Assembly (NCBI RefSeq): GCF_001194135.2
Contig: NC_069003.1
Location: 37,200,061-37,264,060, forward strand
Length of the DNA stretch: 64,000 nucleotides
From: Octopus bimaculoides
Taxonomy: Eukaryota
Direction of reading: 5' to 3'
A program made the translations under genes and the position numbers. The notes under the pieces were generated by a model. It was not told the origin of the DNA, ran no database searches, and worked only from the letters and a program-made list of their open reading frames with translations. Positions 26,494-41,000 of the stretch are shown here, in pieces (position 1 is the first letter of the stretch; every line of letters begins with the position of its first letter).

Positions 26494-26655
26494 AGCGGCG
26501 AGCTGGCAGAATGGTTAGCACGCCGGGCGAAATGCTTTGCGGTATTTCGTCTGTCTTTACGTTCTGAGTTCAAAGGAATAAGTCCTGAGGTCGGTTTCTT
26601 CAACTAAAGGCGATGCTCCGGCATGACCACAGACAAATGACTAAAACAAGTAAAA

Positions 26656-26660
<5 letters not shown>
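26494..26660 (+). mobile_element. Internally deleted SINE (A head joined to B tail)
   Basis: GCGGCGAGCTGGCAGAATGGTTAGCACGCCGGGCG...TCTGAGTTCAAA|GGAATAAGTCCTGAGG...CAAGTAAAAGAAT(AT)n. Confidence 0.75.
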
Positions 26661-26695
<35 letters not shown>

Positions 26696-27099
26696 TCGGT
26701 AAAACATAAATCCGAAAAAGAAGCACTCTTAAGTTATAGAGCAGTATATCATATAAGATTAGATAACCGTCCTTATATGTTTGTAGTTTGAGATTTTAAT
26801 TTTAAAGCAAGCATAAGAATACAAACAAAACGTTTACCGATCAGTGGATTCTAAACTTCATTTAATGTCATTTCTACAGAATTAAATAGACTAAACATAG
26901 ATTAAACTCATATAAATGTTTTCTTATAGCTAATTCTCTCGTAGAAAAGAATGTTGTGTGTTTGAAGATATTAATAATACGTGAAAGACATAAAGAAAAG
27001 TTGTAGTTCCATTACTTCTACTAAATTAATAAATTGCTCATTGAAGGTTTGACGAGAGAAAAACACATAAAAGCGAAAGCTAGGCTGGTAGTAGTGATG

Positions 27100-27370
27100 G
27101 GGGGTGGAGTAATTCAGTGGTCCAATCAGATTGCGTCTTGCATGAACGTTAGGAAATATTTAACTACCGTATAAATGGAATATGTTGATTGGCCAACGCC
27201 TTCCCGCTAACCATTTTGCCGCCATTTTGTTGGAATTCTGAATAATGTCAGAGGAAAACACTAGCGATGTTTCTCAAGAGGAGGTGAGTTAATACGATTG
27301 GTTTTATTCCAGTTATTACTATAAGTATTGGACAATTCAAATCCGTAATATTGGCACGATCAATTGGCTA
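27100..27370 (+). promoter_or_regulatory. DEK core promoter: CCAAT/ATTGG boxes, E2F-like site, YY1 motif
   Basis: CCAAT 27122-27126; ATTGG at 27188, 27297, 27327, 27350, 27363; CTTCCCGC 27200-27207; GCCGCCATTTTG 27218-27229 preceded by CCATTTTG 27211-27218; no TATA box; locally CpG-retaining. Confidence 0.7.
27245..27283 (+). CDS. DEK: DEK exon 1 (MSEENTSDVSQEE)
   Basis: ATG just downstream of the CCAAT/YY1 promoter; strong donor GAG|GTGAGT at 27284; phase 0, in frame with exon 2. Confidence 0.75.
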
Positions 27371-28695
27371 GATTTGTATTTATCATCGCCGAAAAAGCCT
27401 CCTTCGTTTCGCTCGTTTCTCCACTTCTCCACTGATTGTGTGAAGAAGCGATTTCAAATGCGATTTTCAGACGTCTCGAACCTCAATCTCCGTAGCCTTC
27501 CCCCCCAGTGTTTTATGTCTAGTATTGAGATATCGCTGCCGTTGGAATATGTCCCTTCTTTGTAATAATGGTCGAGAAAATCGCTTCTCAAAACTCAGTT
27601 TCATTTTGTTAACGTTCGACACATGGCTGGCTGTTTATTGAGGAAATCTATGTCGCAGAAGAAACACATGTGTCGAAGGAAGCTCGGCGGCAATACAAGC
27701 GATCACACTGAAACTGGCTCCTGCAGACTTTCAGTTCTTGGATCGAAACGGTTAAGGATTTGATCAGTTTACATACAAGGAGTAAATTTGTATTTTGGCT
27801 TTGGTTAATATTGAAATGTACACCGAGGAGTCTATTTATATGATGTACGCAGTAGGATGGATCAGAAACTCATTTGATATTTTCTGATTGTAACAGTTTA
27901 AGAAAAACGAAACGAAAGAAAAGAAACTTTTTAGAAATTAAATCGATCGTACTGTTTAGGTCAAAATTGCTTCTGTCTGAGTTCGAAGCTGATTATTCAC
28001 TCCGTCGCTCCTCGGGAGATTAGAGTCTCTGCTCGATTTGTGGAACAGTAGAGAGAGAGAGAAACTCTGTGGTAACAACAGATTGTATTAACTTCCAACA
28101 AATAAATAACTTCCTCTGTATGTATCGAGAATTTCTCTCCAATACTCCTATACACACGCACACTTTAGTAGTTCAAATACAAAATAGCTAATATGACCGT
28201 TGGAGTGTTTGGTGTTGAGCGCCAAAGTGCTAACTTCAGTTGCAATCAAGGTTTATACAGAAAATACCATTTAGAATGAGATTCAAGAAAGCGAAATCTA
28301 AGATAGTGTCTCGAATTCAATATAAGTTCACAACTCTACGACCTTTGTTTCGATCGTCCCTGCCTAGAAAATGAATATACCTTGAGAATGATATTGATAT
28401 CGACTTTCGCCGGTCACTTACCGGCGAACAAGGTCCCCTCACTCGGCTCTCTTTCTCCCATTTATAGTCCTTTATCTGGTCAGTGTTTATTGTCTTCGTG
28501 CATTTAAAAGATTATTTATTTTTTTCTCATAAACTGATATACAGAAATGCGTGTATTATATGTATATGTAAGAGATGCACATAGATGTGTGTGTACACAA
28601 CGAATTAGTTTCATAAAATCTGCGCCTTCGCTAGATAATAAAATTATATGAATTACTCTTGTGCATTTTCTGCTTCTCTTGTTTATGTAATTTAA

Positions 28696-28738
<43 letters not shown>

Positions 28739-31700
28739 NNNNNNNNNNNNNNNNNNNNNNNNNNNNNNNNNNNNNNNNNNNNNNNNNNNNNNNNNNNNNN
28801 NNNNNNNNNNNNNNNNNNNNNNNNNNNNNNNNNNNNNNNNNNNNNNNNNNNNNNNNNNNNNNNNNNNNNNNNNNNNNNNNNNNNNNNNNNNNNNNNNNNN
28901 NNNNNNNNNNNNNNNNNNNNNNNNNNNNNNNNNNNNNNNNNNNNNNNNNNNNNNNNNNNNNNNNNNNNNNNNNNNNNNNNNNNNNNNNNNNNNNNNNNNN
29001 NNNNNNNNNNNNNNNNNNNNNNNNNNNNNNNNNNNNNNNNNNNNNNNNNNNNNNNNNNNNNNNNNNNNNNNNNNNNNNNNNNNNNNNNNNNNNNNNNNNN
29101 NNNNNNNNNNNNNNNNNNNNNNNNNNNNNNNNNNNNNNNNNNNNNNNNNNNNNNNNNNNNNNNNNNNNNNNNNNNNNNNNNNNNNNNNNNNNNNNNNNNN
29201 NNNNNNNNNNNNNNNNNNNNNNNNNNNNNNNNNNNNNNNNNNNNNNNNNNNNNNNNNNNNNNNNNNNNNNNNNNNNNNNNNNNNNNNNNNNNNNNNNNNN
29301 NNNNNNNNNNNNNNNNNNNNNNNNNNNNNNNNNNNNNNNNNNNNNNNNNNNNNNNNNNNNNNNNNNNNNNNNNNNNNNNNNNNNNNNNNNNNNNNNNNNN
29401 NNNNNNNNNNNNNNNNNNNNNNNNNNNNNNNNNNNNNNNNNNNNNNNNNNNNNNNNNNNNNNNNNNNNNNNNNNNNNNNNNNNNNNNNNNNNNNNNNNNN
29501 NNNNNNNNNNNNNNNNNNNNNNNNNNNNNNNNNNNNNNNNNNNNNNNNNNNNNNNNNNNNNNNNNNNNNNNNNNNNNNNNNNNNNNNNNNNNNNNNNNNN
29601 NNNNNNNNNNNNNNNNNNNNGGGGGGGGGGGGTATTTTCCCCGAATAACTCCAGTGTTAACACCAGGGACTTGTCTCCTGTCTAAGAGTTGCTCACTTTT
29701 ATTGAAAATAGAAGCATTTATTACATATAATTTGATTGGAAATATAGTCTGAATGGAATGCGTCTACAAAACTTGTTAGCTTGTCTAGTATTTCACTCGT
29801 ATTACTACATTTTGGCGGAATATTTTTGAATTTACCGCACATTATGCGTGTGTGTAGATTCCTCTGTAAAATAGGGCGCTTTGTGAGGTCCTTTTAGTGC
29901 TGGTGCCGTAGGTAAATATATCATTTACACTGTAACGTGGTTGGCGATGGGACGAGCACCCCAGCTGTAGAAACTGAGCCTAAAATGACACATTCAAGCA
30001 CCAGATAACGAATTAAGAACTCGGATCATGGCGACCCGTCTAACCCATGCCAGTATTTAAAGACAGACATGAAATTATGTGCGTATTTGCTAGTCAAATA
30101 ACATCTGGGCTGGCTGTTTACTTAGCTCTTTCGTGTTGTTTGAGCATCCCAGTGAACAAAGGCATTGCGACGGTGGTGGTAACCTCTATTAATGTTTTGA
30201 GCTTGTGACGGCGATTTGGCTTCTATTTCCAGCAGCTCTAACGACCATACAATGTTTCCCTTATTGGATCTTATGTCGCAATGATGCGTGCTAGGGAGGC
30301 ATTTCGTTCCACAACATTGGCAAATGCATGAAGGTTGTCACATAACTTCTCTCGTCTAAATCCATAAACTCGGGGGCAGAAAACGGAAGGGCCGTTCCGG
30401 GCGGCAATCTCGTTCTTCCTCCGCTTCATACCCTAAAAATTTGTGGCTTGACGACGGATCTCGAGTCGAGTGCATAATCAAATCTCTTTTGATGTCTCCT
30501 TCTTCTGACTTCAAATTCCTACTGTCTTAACCGGTGGGTGGATGCGTACACTGGATAATGTAGCTGTAGAGTCTACCACTGTTTGGAACAAAAATACGAA
30601 ATGGTCACATCTGGAGGGTCTGCCAGAACATAGATGGGATGCTTAACAACAGCAACAACAATTAAAGCTGATGACATTTTTCTTGTAATGAACAGTTTCT
30701 TGTCAAGTTGGTCGTGGAATCACCGTGGCCGCCCTCCCTCCTTCGATCAGTGCGATCCGATCTTGAACTTTGTCCTTCAAAGCCTTGAAGCTTTTGTTAT
30801 TTTCTGGGTCAGCTATTATCTAATGACGTCAGGCTGTGGTTAGCAGACATTTGGTTGGTATTTCTTGTGGGTAGGAACGACCACGTAGACGAATCTTCAT
30901 TGGTTCGTGTTCTGAAGAAAGCTCTCTCTTTGAGGGATTCACCCTTTCCCCCAACCCCCTTCGTCAATAATCAAGACTAGCCACGTACCAAGCAAATGCA
31001 CTTGTTATTCTTGCTGTCTTCCCTACTTGAGCTGGGCGGCTTGTATAGTAGTAGTAGTAGTGAGGCATTGAAGACGAGCAATGTCTTCACTGCTATGCTA
31101 CGCTTTCGCAATATATCCCTTCATTGCAAGCTAAAAAGGGTTAGGGTGCCTCTTTACGCGACCACACGTTCTTCAGAGCCCGTTAAATCTAGTCGATCGG
31201 TCCTATGATCGGAGGACTTCCACCTGAGTGCAGGATGTGGTATGAGGACGATGTTGTTACTATTTCTAACAAACAGAATTACATAGTCTCCTCCTTGAGT
31301 GCATGACAACGGACCGAGAGAGGATTTCAGCTGGCTCCACTGACGGTGGAAAGCTCTGAAACACCTGATATTGGATAGCTTCTTTCTCACACCCCCAACA
31401 GGAATCGGTTTGCCAACTCATCACCCTAAAAGGGTTTAATTAATAGTTTTTTAAAATTCTCCCTTTTACACGATTTCAATTTACACGGAAGCAATCTCCT
31501 CGTAACCAGTTTTATTTAAAACAATGAGCTCGACAATATATTTTTGGCATCTTTCAAAATTGACATGCTACTATGTATAATATTTCATCTCCGATTCGCT
31601 CTAGTAACGTTTATTGTATTTACATTTTATTGAACGAACGGTAACCTGGCCATCGTCCGTGGCCTAGTGGTTAGAAATAAAGTTTGCTAGTGTTCGAATC

Positions 31701-31995
31701 CAGTTGGAACTTGGTACACATCTTGGAATGGGGGAAAACCGATTGAAATGTAAAGCAGATGTTAAAATACTGGAACCATTTTTCATCTGTAACGGTCGAG
31801 AAGCTGGTCAAATTTTGTAACCTATGTATTTTTGTCTAACTAGCCAACGGGTTATATATATGTGTGTGTGTATGTATGTATACACACAATTTGGCAACTA
31901 TAAGTAACAAGGGAGCGGCTAATTTTTCGTAGAAGTTGATTGCTTGCGAGAAACCACTTGTCTTGCTAATGTGAAAGTAAGGGAGCCCCCCCTCC

Positions 31996-32053
<58 letters not shown>

Positions 32054-35000
32054 ACTATGCTCAGCTTTTCTTTTTCTCTCCCATTTTCTCCCCCCTTTTT
32101 TGACTGCTGATGTTGTCATGAAGAAATAAATATTATTCTAGCAGCAGCCTTGAACTTTCCACGTTTCATAAATCTTCTTTTATTTCGATTTTGACACGAT
32201 GTTGTTCATAAACATTTCGATTTGGTTCCATCGTTGTGTAATGGTGTGTATCACTTCGACACACACCAACCAACTGAATAACAATTATAATTCTAGTTGC
32301 CCCGGATACGTTCTGAATGTGACCTGTAGCTAAAGACATTCTGACCGTGACGATTCCACCTTTATTTCAGATGAGATGGTCACTACTGCATTTAGGACTT
32401 TATTATTATTTAATGTATCCTTTTTTTTTTTTTTTTTTTACGACTGCAATGTGATTTGAGGGAGGTTTGGTTGCATTTTCTAGCACGTGGAGCGCATAAG
32501 TCGCCTTCGCTGTTGTTGATGTATTTATACATCCGATAAATTATGAATACGTTTCTGTTTATGATTGCAGTAAGTGTCCGTCACCATTGTTTAGCTTCAG
32601 CTCCGTCCTTATCCGGTCTTTTTAGCATCTGTGAAAGGACGACACAGCTGATGCATTCCCTTATATATCTGACGGTGGATAGGGTGTGAAGGACATTGGA
32701 GAGTTGGCTGCTATGTCTAACTTTATCGGCGGCAGTGACGTGTGGTTATTGTGCTGTGAGCAACTGTGTTTGTTGTTAACTGGAAGTTCTGCTGTTGTTT
32801 GTGTCTTGTTTATTATCGGTAGGATAATAAAATGGCAATGAAACCAGAGTCGCTCTCATTGATTAGAAAGGCAAGACGGCGGCGGGGGGGGGGGTAATAG
32901 TGATACTTGTTGCTGTTGAATAACTCTGATAGAACAAGCATAAACGTTGAAAGGCTTTTTGCTGTGACACACCATACACACTCAGGATCACATCGAATAT
33001 GGTTCAGAAGAGATTTGGCTACTGTTCCTAGCATATCATGCGACCGGTTAAAGCCTTTGTGGATGGTATAGCAATAGTAGTTCTTTTGTGATCAGTGGGG
33101 ATGTGGTTATTGTTACCCAGCCCCAAGTCGGTTCTGACCGAGTGGGTCACTGGTGAAAGACGTTCCATCCATGAATATCTCGTCTTATTTCAAACAGACT
33201 ATCCAGGATTATATTATTCCAAGATTTCCTTCCTTTAAGATTACAGGGAGAGATTTGGCTTTTATTTCTAGCAAGTCGAGTTACCTTGCATTGCTTAACC
33301 CACAAAGCTGATCTCAGACTAAACAGTCGGGGTCCAGTTTCAGACCTATAACGAAAAGCATTCCAGGTGCCCAAGATGATGAGGTGTGATTTGGCTGCTC
33401 TTTCTCACTGCATGAGAGACCATGGAGAGAGGTACTCTCGCATTGTTTCAGTGTCTATCAGAAATTACTGAAAGGATATCTTTTTATTTAAATGTGGGCA
33501 AGAGAGAAAAAGGGGTGCAGGTGGTATTATGCTATTTGTTTTGTTGTTTTATTTTAGTGCCCAAGATCTTTGCAGCCCCTCTTTGTCAAGTGAGGTTGAT
33601 GTAGATGATGTTTGATGTTGAATTTCTGTGAAAAATGTGGGCAAGGAGAGAATCAAGGGTTCTCGCTTCAAAACCTTGTAACACAGTAAACACAGCAGCA
33701 GACCATGCTTGTTAAGAAGGGAATTGCCTTTTGTTTCTGTCCCCTGATTTTTCTGAGATGGTGTAGATTGGGAGGGTTCGGCTTCGGGTGGAATATTTCT
33801 TATATAGTCCAGTGGAGGGGGGGGGGGTGAAATGTAGTCCCACTCATTCACTTACCGTCCTTACCATTCCTCTGGTTTTACTAACCAATGATGGAATTGT
33901 TTTTCACCTTTAGGATTGAGGCTGTCAGGAATTCTATGACTCAAGGCCAGAGCTTTAACCCGGTTTCTCCTGCAGCACATCACACACACATTTACCTTTC
34001 TTTATTAAATTCCTGTATCTGCATTTGAAATATATAACAGTATCTGTTAGGCCTCTTTGACAGGAAGACTGACCACAGTGAAGAGATGGCCAGTGGCCAA
34101 GTGGATGAGTTTAGTCAACACTCCCTTGTGGCAGTTTTTCTTCCTTTGTTTCTGCATAAAGGCTTTTGAGAAAGGCATGAACATCACTGAATTTCAATTC
34201 TTTTTCATCTGTATATCTGCAGTTCTGGTGCTTATAGAGAAATCCTAAATCAATAATTAAATTTGTTTATATTCACTGCCTTCCTTTTCAATATTGTTTT
34301 CCAAGCTGTTGTCACTTAAAATACATGATTGGGCTACAAGCAATTAGTGAAAAGAAACAATTTCCCCTCCCCAGCCCCACACTAATATATCTGTTGCTTT
34401 GTTAGTGTTACATGTCCCTAGTTGTGTCACCATTTCATTAGCCTTACCTAGAAAGGTAAGGTAGGCATGGTTATACAATCAGTATTTTGTCACTTCCATT
34501 CTCTTCTCATGCAGTAGCTTGACTTGCTAGAATTAGCAACCAAATCTCCTTCAGATCTTATCCTACTATCTTAAAAACAAAAGTATATACATCAAGTAAT
34601 GTCCTATCATTGAGAGGCAGTAGGGATGGTCATAACTGGAATGCCTTTGATCGTAGGTCTACTCAATCAGAGCTGACCAGAATAAATGGCAACACCAAAT
34701 TTGAAATTCCTACCTCCACTTTCAAACTTCATCTAGTTTTAATTAACACTTAAGTTAGTGAGAAATCTTTGGATATCAGACTCGATGTTTTTAAGCATGG
34801 CATGAAAGCTATTAGATAAACCCAAGCGCTAGAGATGGAACCTGTTAACAACTCAAACGAGCAAGTGCTCTTTCATTTCAGACGTATATGGGTGCTGCTT
34901 CCCTTTGTTTGGAACGGGGTGCAATGGTGAACTTTCGTGCCTACCCCAATGGTATGCTAGAACTTTTAGTAGAAACATTGTGCTGTGAAGACCCAATAAT

Positions 35001-38000
35001 GGCAACTGAGATACAAGAGTAGTTTGTGTTTGGACATAGACCATACTTATTTACCCCCCCCCCCCCTCCTCTCTTGGCAAGTATCTNNNNNNNNNNCCCC
35101 CCCCCCCCCCCCTCCTCTCTTGGCAAGTATCTATCCCAACTGGGAACATTACCAGTTATGTTTAACTGGGAGGGAGTGGTGTCTTGCTAAGGAAGTATTA
35201 TTGATAGTTTCCAGTTCATGCAGAGTCTAATATTTTGGTCAAGATCCTTTCAAGGGGGTTAGCTTTTGTTATCAATAGTGTGGACATCAAAATGGGCATT
35301 TTTTGAGAAATTTTGAAATCACACTTATTTTAAAAAATACTATTGACACTGCCGTTATAGCAGCTAACCTGGCTACTGCTCAGAAAGGGTCTGCCATATG
35401 CTAAATAGCTCAGAGTGCGACATTTTATTAATATTGGATTGGCAGAATAATTCGGTGGTGTTGTGTATCTCTTCTGCATTGAAAATCATCCAAAGTCATT
35501 TAAGTCTTTCCTGCTTGATGCACTCAGTTGTTCCGTCTCGAGTTTCTGGTCTTTTGTCTTTGGTAAGTAAAATAATTCTTTAATATTGTTTTTAGGTAAA
35601 GATTGCTGAAAAAATGGAGGCCGAGGAGGAAAAATCTGTTGACACGGTCAAGGAAGAGTGTGCAAAGAAGGAGGAGGAGAGTGTAAAGTCGGACAGCGGT
35701 GAGGTTGTGGCTGAGAACAAGAATTCCAGTCAAGAAAATGAAGATGCTGTGAATGAGCAGGATGAAGAACCACAATGTAAGAGTTTCATTTTACTTCTTC
35801 AACTTTGGCTTCTATTTATTGAAGTCTCACTGGTTGGTGTCTTTTGCATCCTATGGCATCCAGTGTGGTGCAGTTGCACATCACTTGATGCAAACCAGAC
35901 TGGAAATATAAAGTCGTGTTTGAGTTGGTATGTTGCTGCCAGATGAACTAAAGGCATTCCTATAGTAAATTCCACTTAGATACCCTTCCAGGATTGTTCA
36001 AGTAGCAACCGAATAGTGGATCACCATATTGACTAATCCCTTATCCCATTCCCCTACCTCAAAACAAAGCTTAGCTCCTTCTGCCTGTGACAGAAATCAT
36101 TATTTTAGCAGTGAGATTAACAAGGCTAAATGACTGACCAGGGGTGAGGTAAGGTCTTTTATCTATACAGATATCACGAGTAATTTGTGAGTACCTTTCA
36201 TTAATTTAGAGCAGTGATTTTTCAACCTGACAAAAAGCCATTTTCCTCTCCCTCTTTATTAAGGAGAAGACTAAAAGTTTTCCTTCACTCAATTCTTCTT
36301 TCTTCCCTTTGGTGTTGGATAGTCATCAACATTTAATGTCTGTTTTCCTTGCTGGCATGGGTCGGTCAGCTTGACAGGAACTGGCACGGCCAGGAGAGCC
36401 ACACCAGGTTTCATAGTCTATTTTGGCTGGATTTGGTTTCTACAGCTCGATGCCCTAACCAGTTAATTTTAATTAACTCGACACAGTTTGTCCCCTGCTA
36501 ATCTTCTCACCTTATAAGAAATAATACATTTGTTGTTTTCCGTCCCTTTCATTGGGGGGGGGGGGTGCTCCTATTTGGCTTTGTTGTGTGGTTAATTCTT
36601 TTTGTTGATTCTATCCTTCTTTCAATTCACATCTCCTCTTTGGTTCTTTTTTGTTTATCCTTTACTTAATGTGAAATCCTCTTTTTGAATATTATTTCAG
36701 TGGGTCTGTTAGAACGGCCTGTTGTCATTGAATCAGGTAAGCGGGAGAAGAAGAAAGTAGAAAGGCTAGAGATGTCAGTAACTTCAGCTAACGACAAGAA
36801 AAAAATCCTCATTCCAGAAGGCACAGGAGAGAAACTCGGTGACTGTCCCATCAGTGAGTAAAACCCTTTTCATTTCTTCACCCTTCGGCATTCGGATTAA
36901 TTTATCAAATGTGAATTGATCACATATTGTCTTGTAGCTTTGAGATTTTGAAGATATGATTGTTTATTTTTAGACTGACATTGTAGGATAAGTGTGAGTA
37001 GTTGGTTCTGGCCAGATTCAATATAAGGCATGTAGAATATTTAAGCCGGACATGACCAGTTTAAATGCTAAAGGGTTAAAAGAATTTTCTCACCTGCCAC
37101 CCACCTGACTGCCATGAGCAATATTTTTAGGTGCAGGAATGGCTGCAAGGTTAAGGGGTTCGTTTTGCAACCACATGCTTTCCTTTGCTATCATGAGGCA
37201 TTAAAGATGAAAGCAAGGGTCTGTTAGAGTTGTGAGAGCTACAATGCTGTATGGTAGGGGAGGGGGGAGATGGCAATTTTGAGAAATGGGGGGGGGTGAG
37301 GCTGTTTGATAAAAGGAGGACTGAGGATTTGATGGAATGCTGGGGTTGGAGGGATCAGTGGAATGGGTGGCATGGGCAAATGGAGTGAGGTGACTAAAAC
37401 CTCCAAAGCAGGGCCTCAGTGTAACCTCAGTCCAGTGACTGGGACAAGCAAAAGAAAGAAAGATGGCCGTTTGCTTATTCCATTTACTGTGACTAAAGTG
37501 GGGCACCAGAATAACAGCAACCTCTCACATCAACACCAACAAGGCTTTGCTCATCTTTTGATTTTGTAAGCCTTACCTATCTGTCACGCTTTTTTTTCTT
37601 TCTCTCTCTCTCTCCTTAGCTTTTGAGGAGATTTTTGCTACGATATCAAGCAAGTTAGCACTAGTGTATTTTAATAAAATCAATTTTAACTTTCTCTCAA
37701 AACTTTCTATTTTCAGTTGAATACCAATTGAATCGGGTAAAGGCAGAAAATCTGAAGATTATTCACCGTGCATTGTTTGACCGGCCAGGAGCGGTGAGGG
37801 CTTTCTTTCATTCCTTGTCGTTTCTTTATTTCTCTCCTATTGTTGTAACAGATGTTGGCATAACCATGGGGTTAAGCAGCTCACTTTACAATCCACAGGT
37901 CCTGAGCCTGATCTCACTAAACAGCCCCTTGGGCATGTGTCTTCTACCAGAGACTCCCTTGATGGGGAAATTTGGTCAGCAGAAACTGTATAGAAACTCA

Positions 38001-41000
38001 TCGATGTGTGTGAGAGAGAAAATTGATCAGCCCGTTTATCTCCCCTTTCCTTAGCACTCTACCCTAGGTGTGTCCAATTGTCAAGAACGCCAAGCACCCT
38101 GGCCCTGCCCACTATCACTTTATTGTAATCAATATCTCCTACAGTGAAGGAAACAACAGTGTCCTCCATCACCTTGAATCTCTCCCCCACCATTCGTGGC
38201 TCCTCGTACAGTTTCCATAAGGCCAGCCAGATCCATTGTCGACCTACTCTCGCCCGTCATCCACCATTGAGCTTTTAAAGAAATTTGATGAAAGCAGTGT
38301 TGTTGTCCTCAGCATTAGAAAAGCTTTCGTGATGGCTGGCATGTGAGACTCCCATCAAAAGCTACCGACCCCTGTGGCTTCCATTTCTTTCTCTTTGATT
38401 TGGAAAGGAGAGAAAATGATGGATAAAGATTGAAAAATTAAAATTGGATTCTCTGCTTTTTGTGTGTATTTAATATTGTTGTTCTTTTTCTTTCAGCTGG
38501 TTGAAATTAAACGTAATATTCGAAAATTCAATGGATTTGATTTTGGAAAAGATGACAAACGATTTGACAAAAAAAGGGCTCTGTTAGCAAAGTATGTTCA
38601 TTTCACATTTTAGATGTTGTTGTTGTTGTGTTGGTTTTCATTTGCTAGGAATGTATACAATGTTTGCTGTGTATCACCTCCTCTTTATGAACGTGATAGA
38701 CAATAGTGATGTTAAGAGGGAGATTTGGGTGCTATTTCTAGCCGGCCAGTCGAATGTTGTAGGAATCCTCTTCTGCTTCAAACTTTTTTGTATAATCCTT
38801 TAGCATTTAAGCCAGCCATATCCATCCCAAACATTCTGTTTTGTACTCAAATTAGCCAGATCCAGCCTCTTACACCAACCCCCCATGCTTTTATTCTAGA
38901 AATAGAGAATCACATAATCGAAACATTGAACGTCTGTGACTAATTCAATTTAATGTGCATCAATAAATATTGCATTTGACAATGGCAGTTTATTAATGTC
39001 GGGATTCTGGCTATCGAACGAGTGAGGTCGTTGAATACAGAAGACTGGGAAGGGTTTGACGTAGGTAGGCCTTTGTCTTCTAAGAACGACGGAATGGTAT
39101 CCGTTGTTAGTTGCTTTAGTTGTGAACCTTGCTTGGTCAGGAGTCAACTATGTTTAAATATCCTTCCAGAGCCTTGTTTTCAACTGGAAATAACTGTGAA
39201 TAGTAATAATCCTTTCTACTATTGGCACAAGGCCTGAAATTTGCGGGGAGGTGGGGCCAGTTGATTTGATCGACACTTTAATGTGTTACATTAAATAAAC
39301 ACAACCTTCATTATTCATAAGACAATACTGATGCTATATGCACAAGTCATTGGGGTTGTTTGCTGGCTTTATATGCCCCCCCCCCTCATGGCTTCATAAC
39401 ATATATGGTTTTATCACAATTATATTTTTTGGCCTAAAATCCTGTGTCAAACTTTTTCTCACGTATTTATTGTACAGGGCGGGAAATAAGCAGAATCAAG
39501 AGAGGGTTCGACAAATTGTCCTGCTGCATTGAGGTGTTCAAATCCCAGTCACATCAATTTTGCTTTTTATGTCCTCCTGAGATAATCACCAGCTGAATGT
39601 TGCACGATGATGACTACATCCATCCTTCAAATTTGAGGCCTTCTTCCTAATGTTTCCACTGTGTGTTCATCTCTATGCTTTGGGGGTTTTTTTCAGTCTT
39701 GTAGTTGTTTTGTTGTGTTCAAATCTCTCTCTCTCTCTCGTTATAGTGTTTCATTCCTGCAACGCATTATTATAGGGATTTTTTCAATTATTTATTCATT
39801 CCAGGAACACTACGGCATCGCTGAGAAAAATATGTGAAATTCTGGGGCTGGAAAGAGGAGGAGCAAAAGATGAAATACTCAATAAGATAATGGACTTCCT
39901 TGTGAAACCAAAGGATACAGGCAAAAGTGTTCCTAAACCGAAAAAGAAACGTTAGTGTTTTCCCTCTCCCTCCTTTTCCATTCTTTGTCCCCTTGCTGTC
40001 TGCCCACCTTTAATCTTATCTTTGCATCTCACTCGCATCTGAAATATAAAAAGTGTTTCAATTGATATTGAAAGTAATCAAGAATTTGGAGGTTATTCGT
40101 TGTTTATATTTGTTATGCCTCCAGGCATGAAGGGGAGCAATAAAAGTTCACCCCTGCTGCCTATATGGGGCCGCACCTTGGCAGCCCATTATGCAGTTGT
40201 CACTTTCCTTTGTTGTGGTTTCGATTTTTGACCTGGACAACATGTATCCTTGAGCAAAACACTTCATTTCACATTGCTCCGGTCCACTCTGCTAGCAAAA
40301 GTGAGTAACCCTGCGGTGGACTGGCATCCTGTCCAAGTGGAGAATTTATTCACCATGGCAACCAGGAAACAACCTTTTCAGCCTATTGGACTTGGAAAGG
40401 ATCTTTATCCTGTGTCCTTTTATATGTATAATTAATAAATGATGTTATTAGTTTCAAATTTAAATAAAAGTGACACTCAGAAAAAATATTTTAGTTAGAA
40501 GCATAAAAATGAAGGCTAAATTGGTGTCTGGAAGCATCCACTGTTCTATACTTGCATGGATGGAATTAATTGAGCCAGGTGTTCTACAGCTGGATACTCT
40601 TCCTGTTGCCAACCCTTGCCTGTTTCCCCAATGGCCTAATATGTTCTCCACAGAATGTTTGAAATCACAAAAACTCAGAGGATTTGGGGTCAGCTGTTTG
40701 TCAATGGTTAACAGTCCATCCTGCAATGTTTTATTGTTCATATTTGCTTTGAAGCATTGGTTGCGGCCTTTTCATTTTCCTTTTCTTTCTTCTCTTGGGT
40801 ATCCATCACTTTTTCTGCAGGGAAATCTGGTGAAACCAAGTCAAAGAGCAAGCCCAAGAAAAACAAGAAGAAATCATCTAGTTCTCAAAAGAAGAAAGTG
40901 GTGTCGTCCGACTCCTCTGAGTCTGATTCTGACGAGGAGGAGGAGGAAGAAGAAGAGGAACAAGAAGATGAAGAGAGTGAACAATCAGAAGAAAGTGAAG

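Noticed and set aside
27620-27760. Possible alternative DEK first exon (MSQKKHMCRRK...)
   Set aside because: Weak donor, wrong phase for exon 2, and no DEK-like composition.
35053-35132. Duplicated poly-C/CTCCTCTCTTGGCAAGTATCT across the gap at 35087-35096
   Set aside because: Same assembly-overlap artefact.
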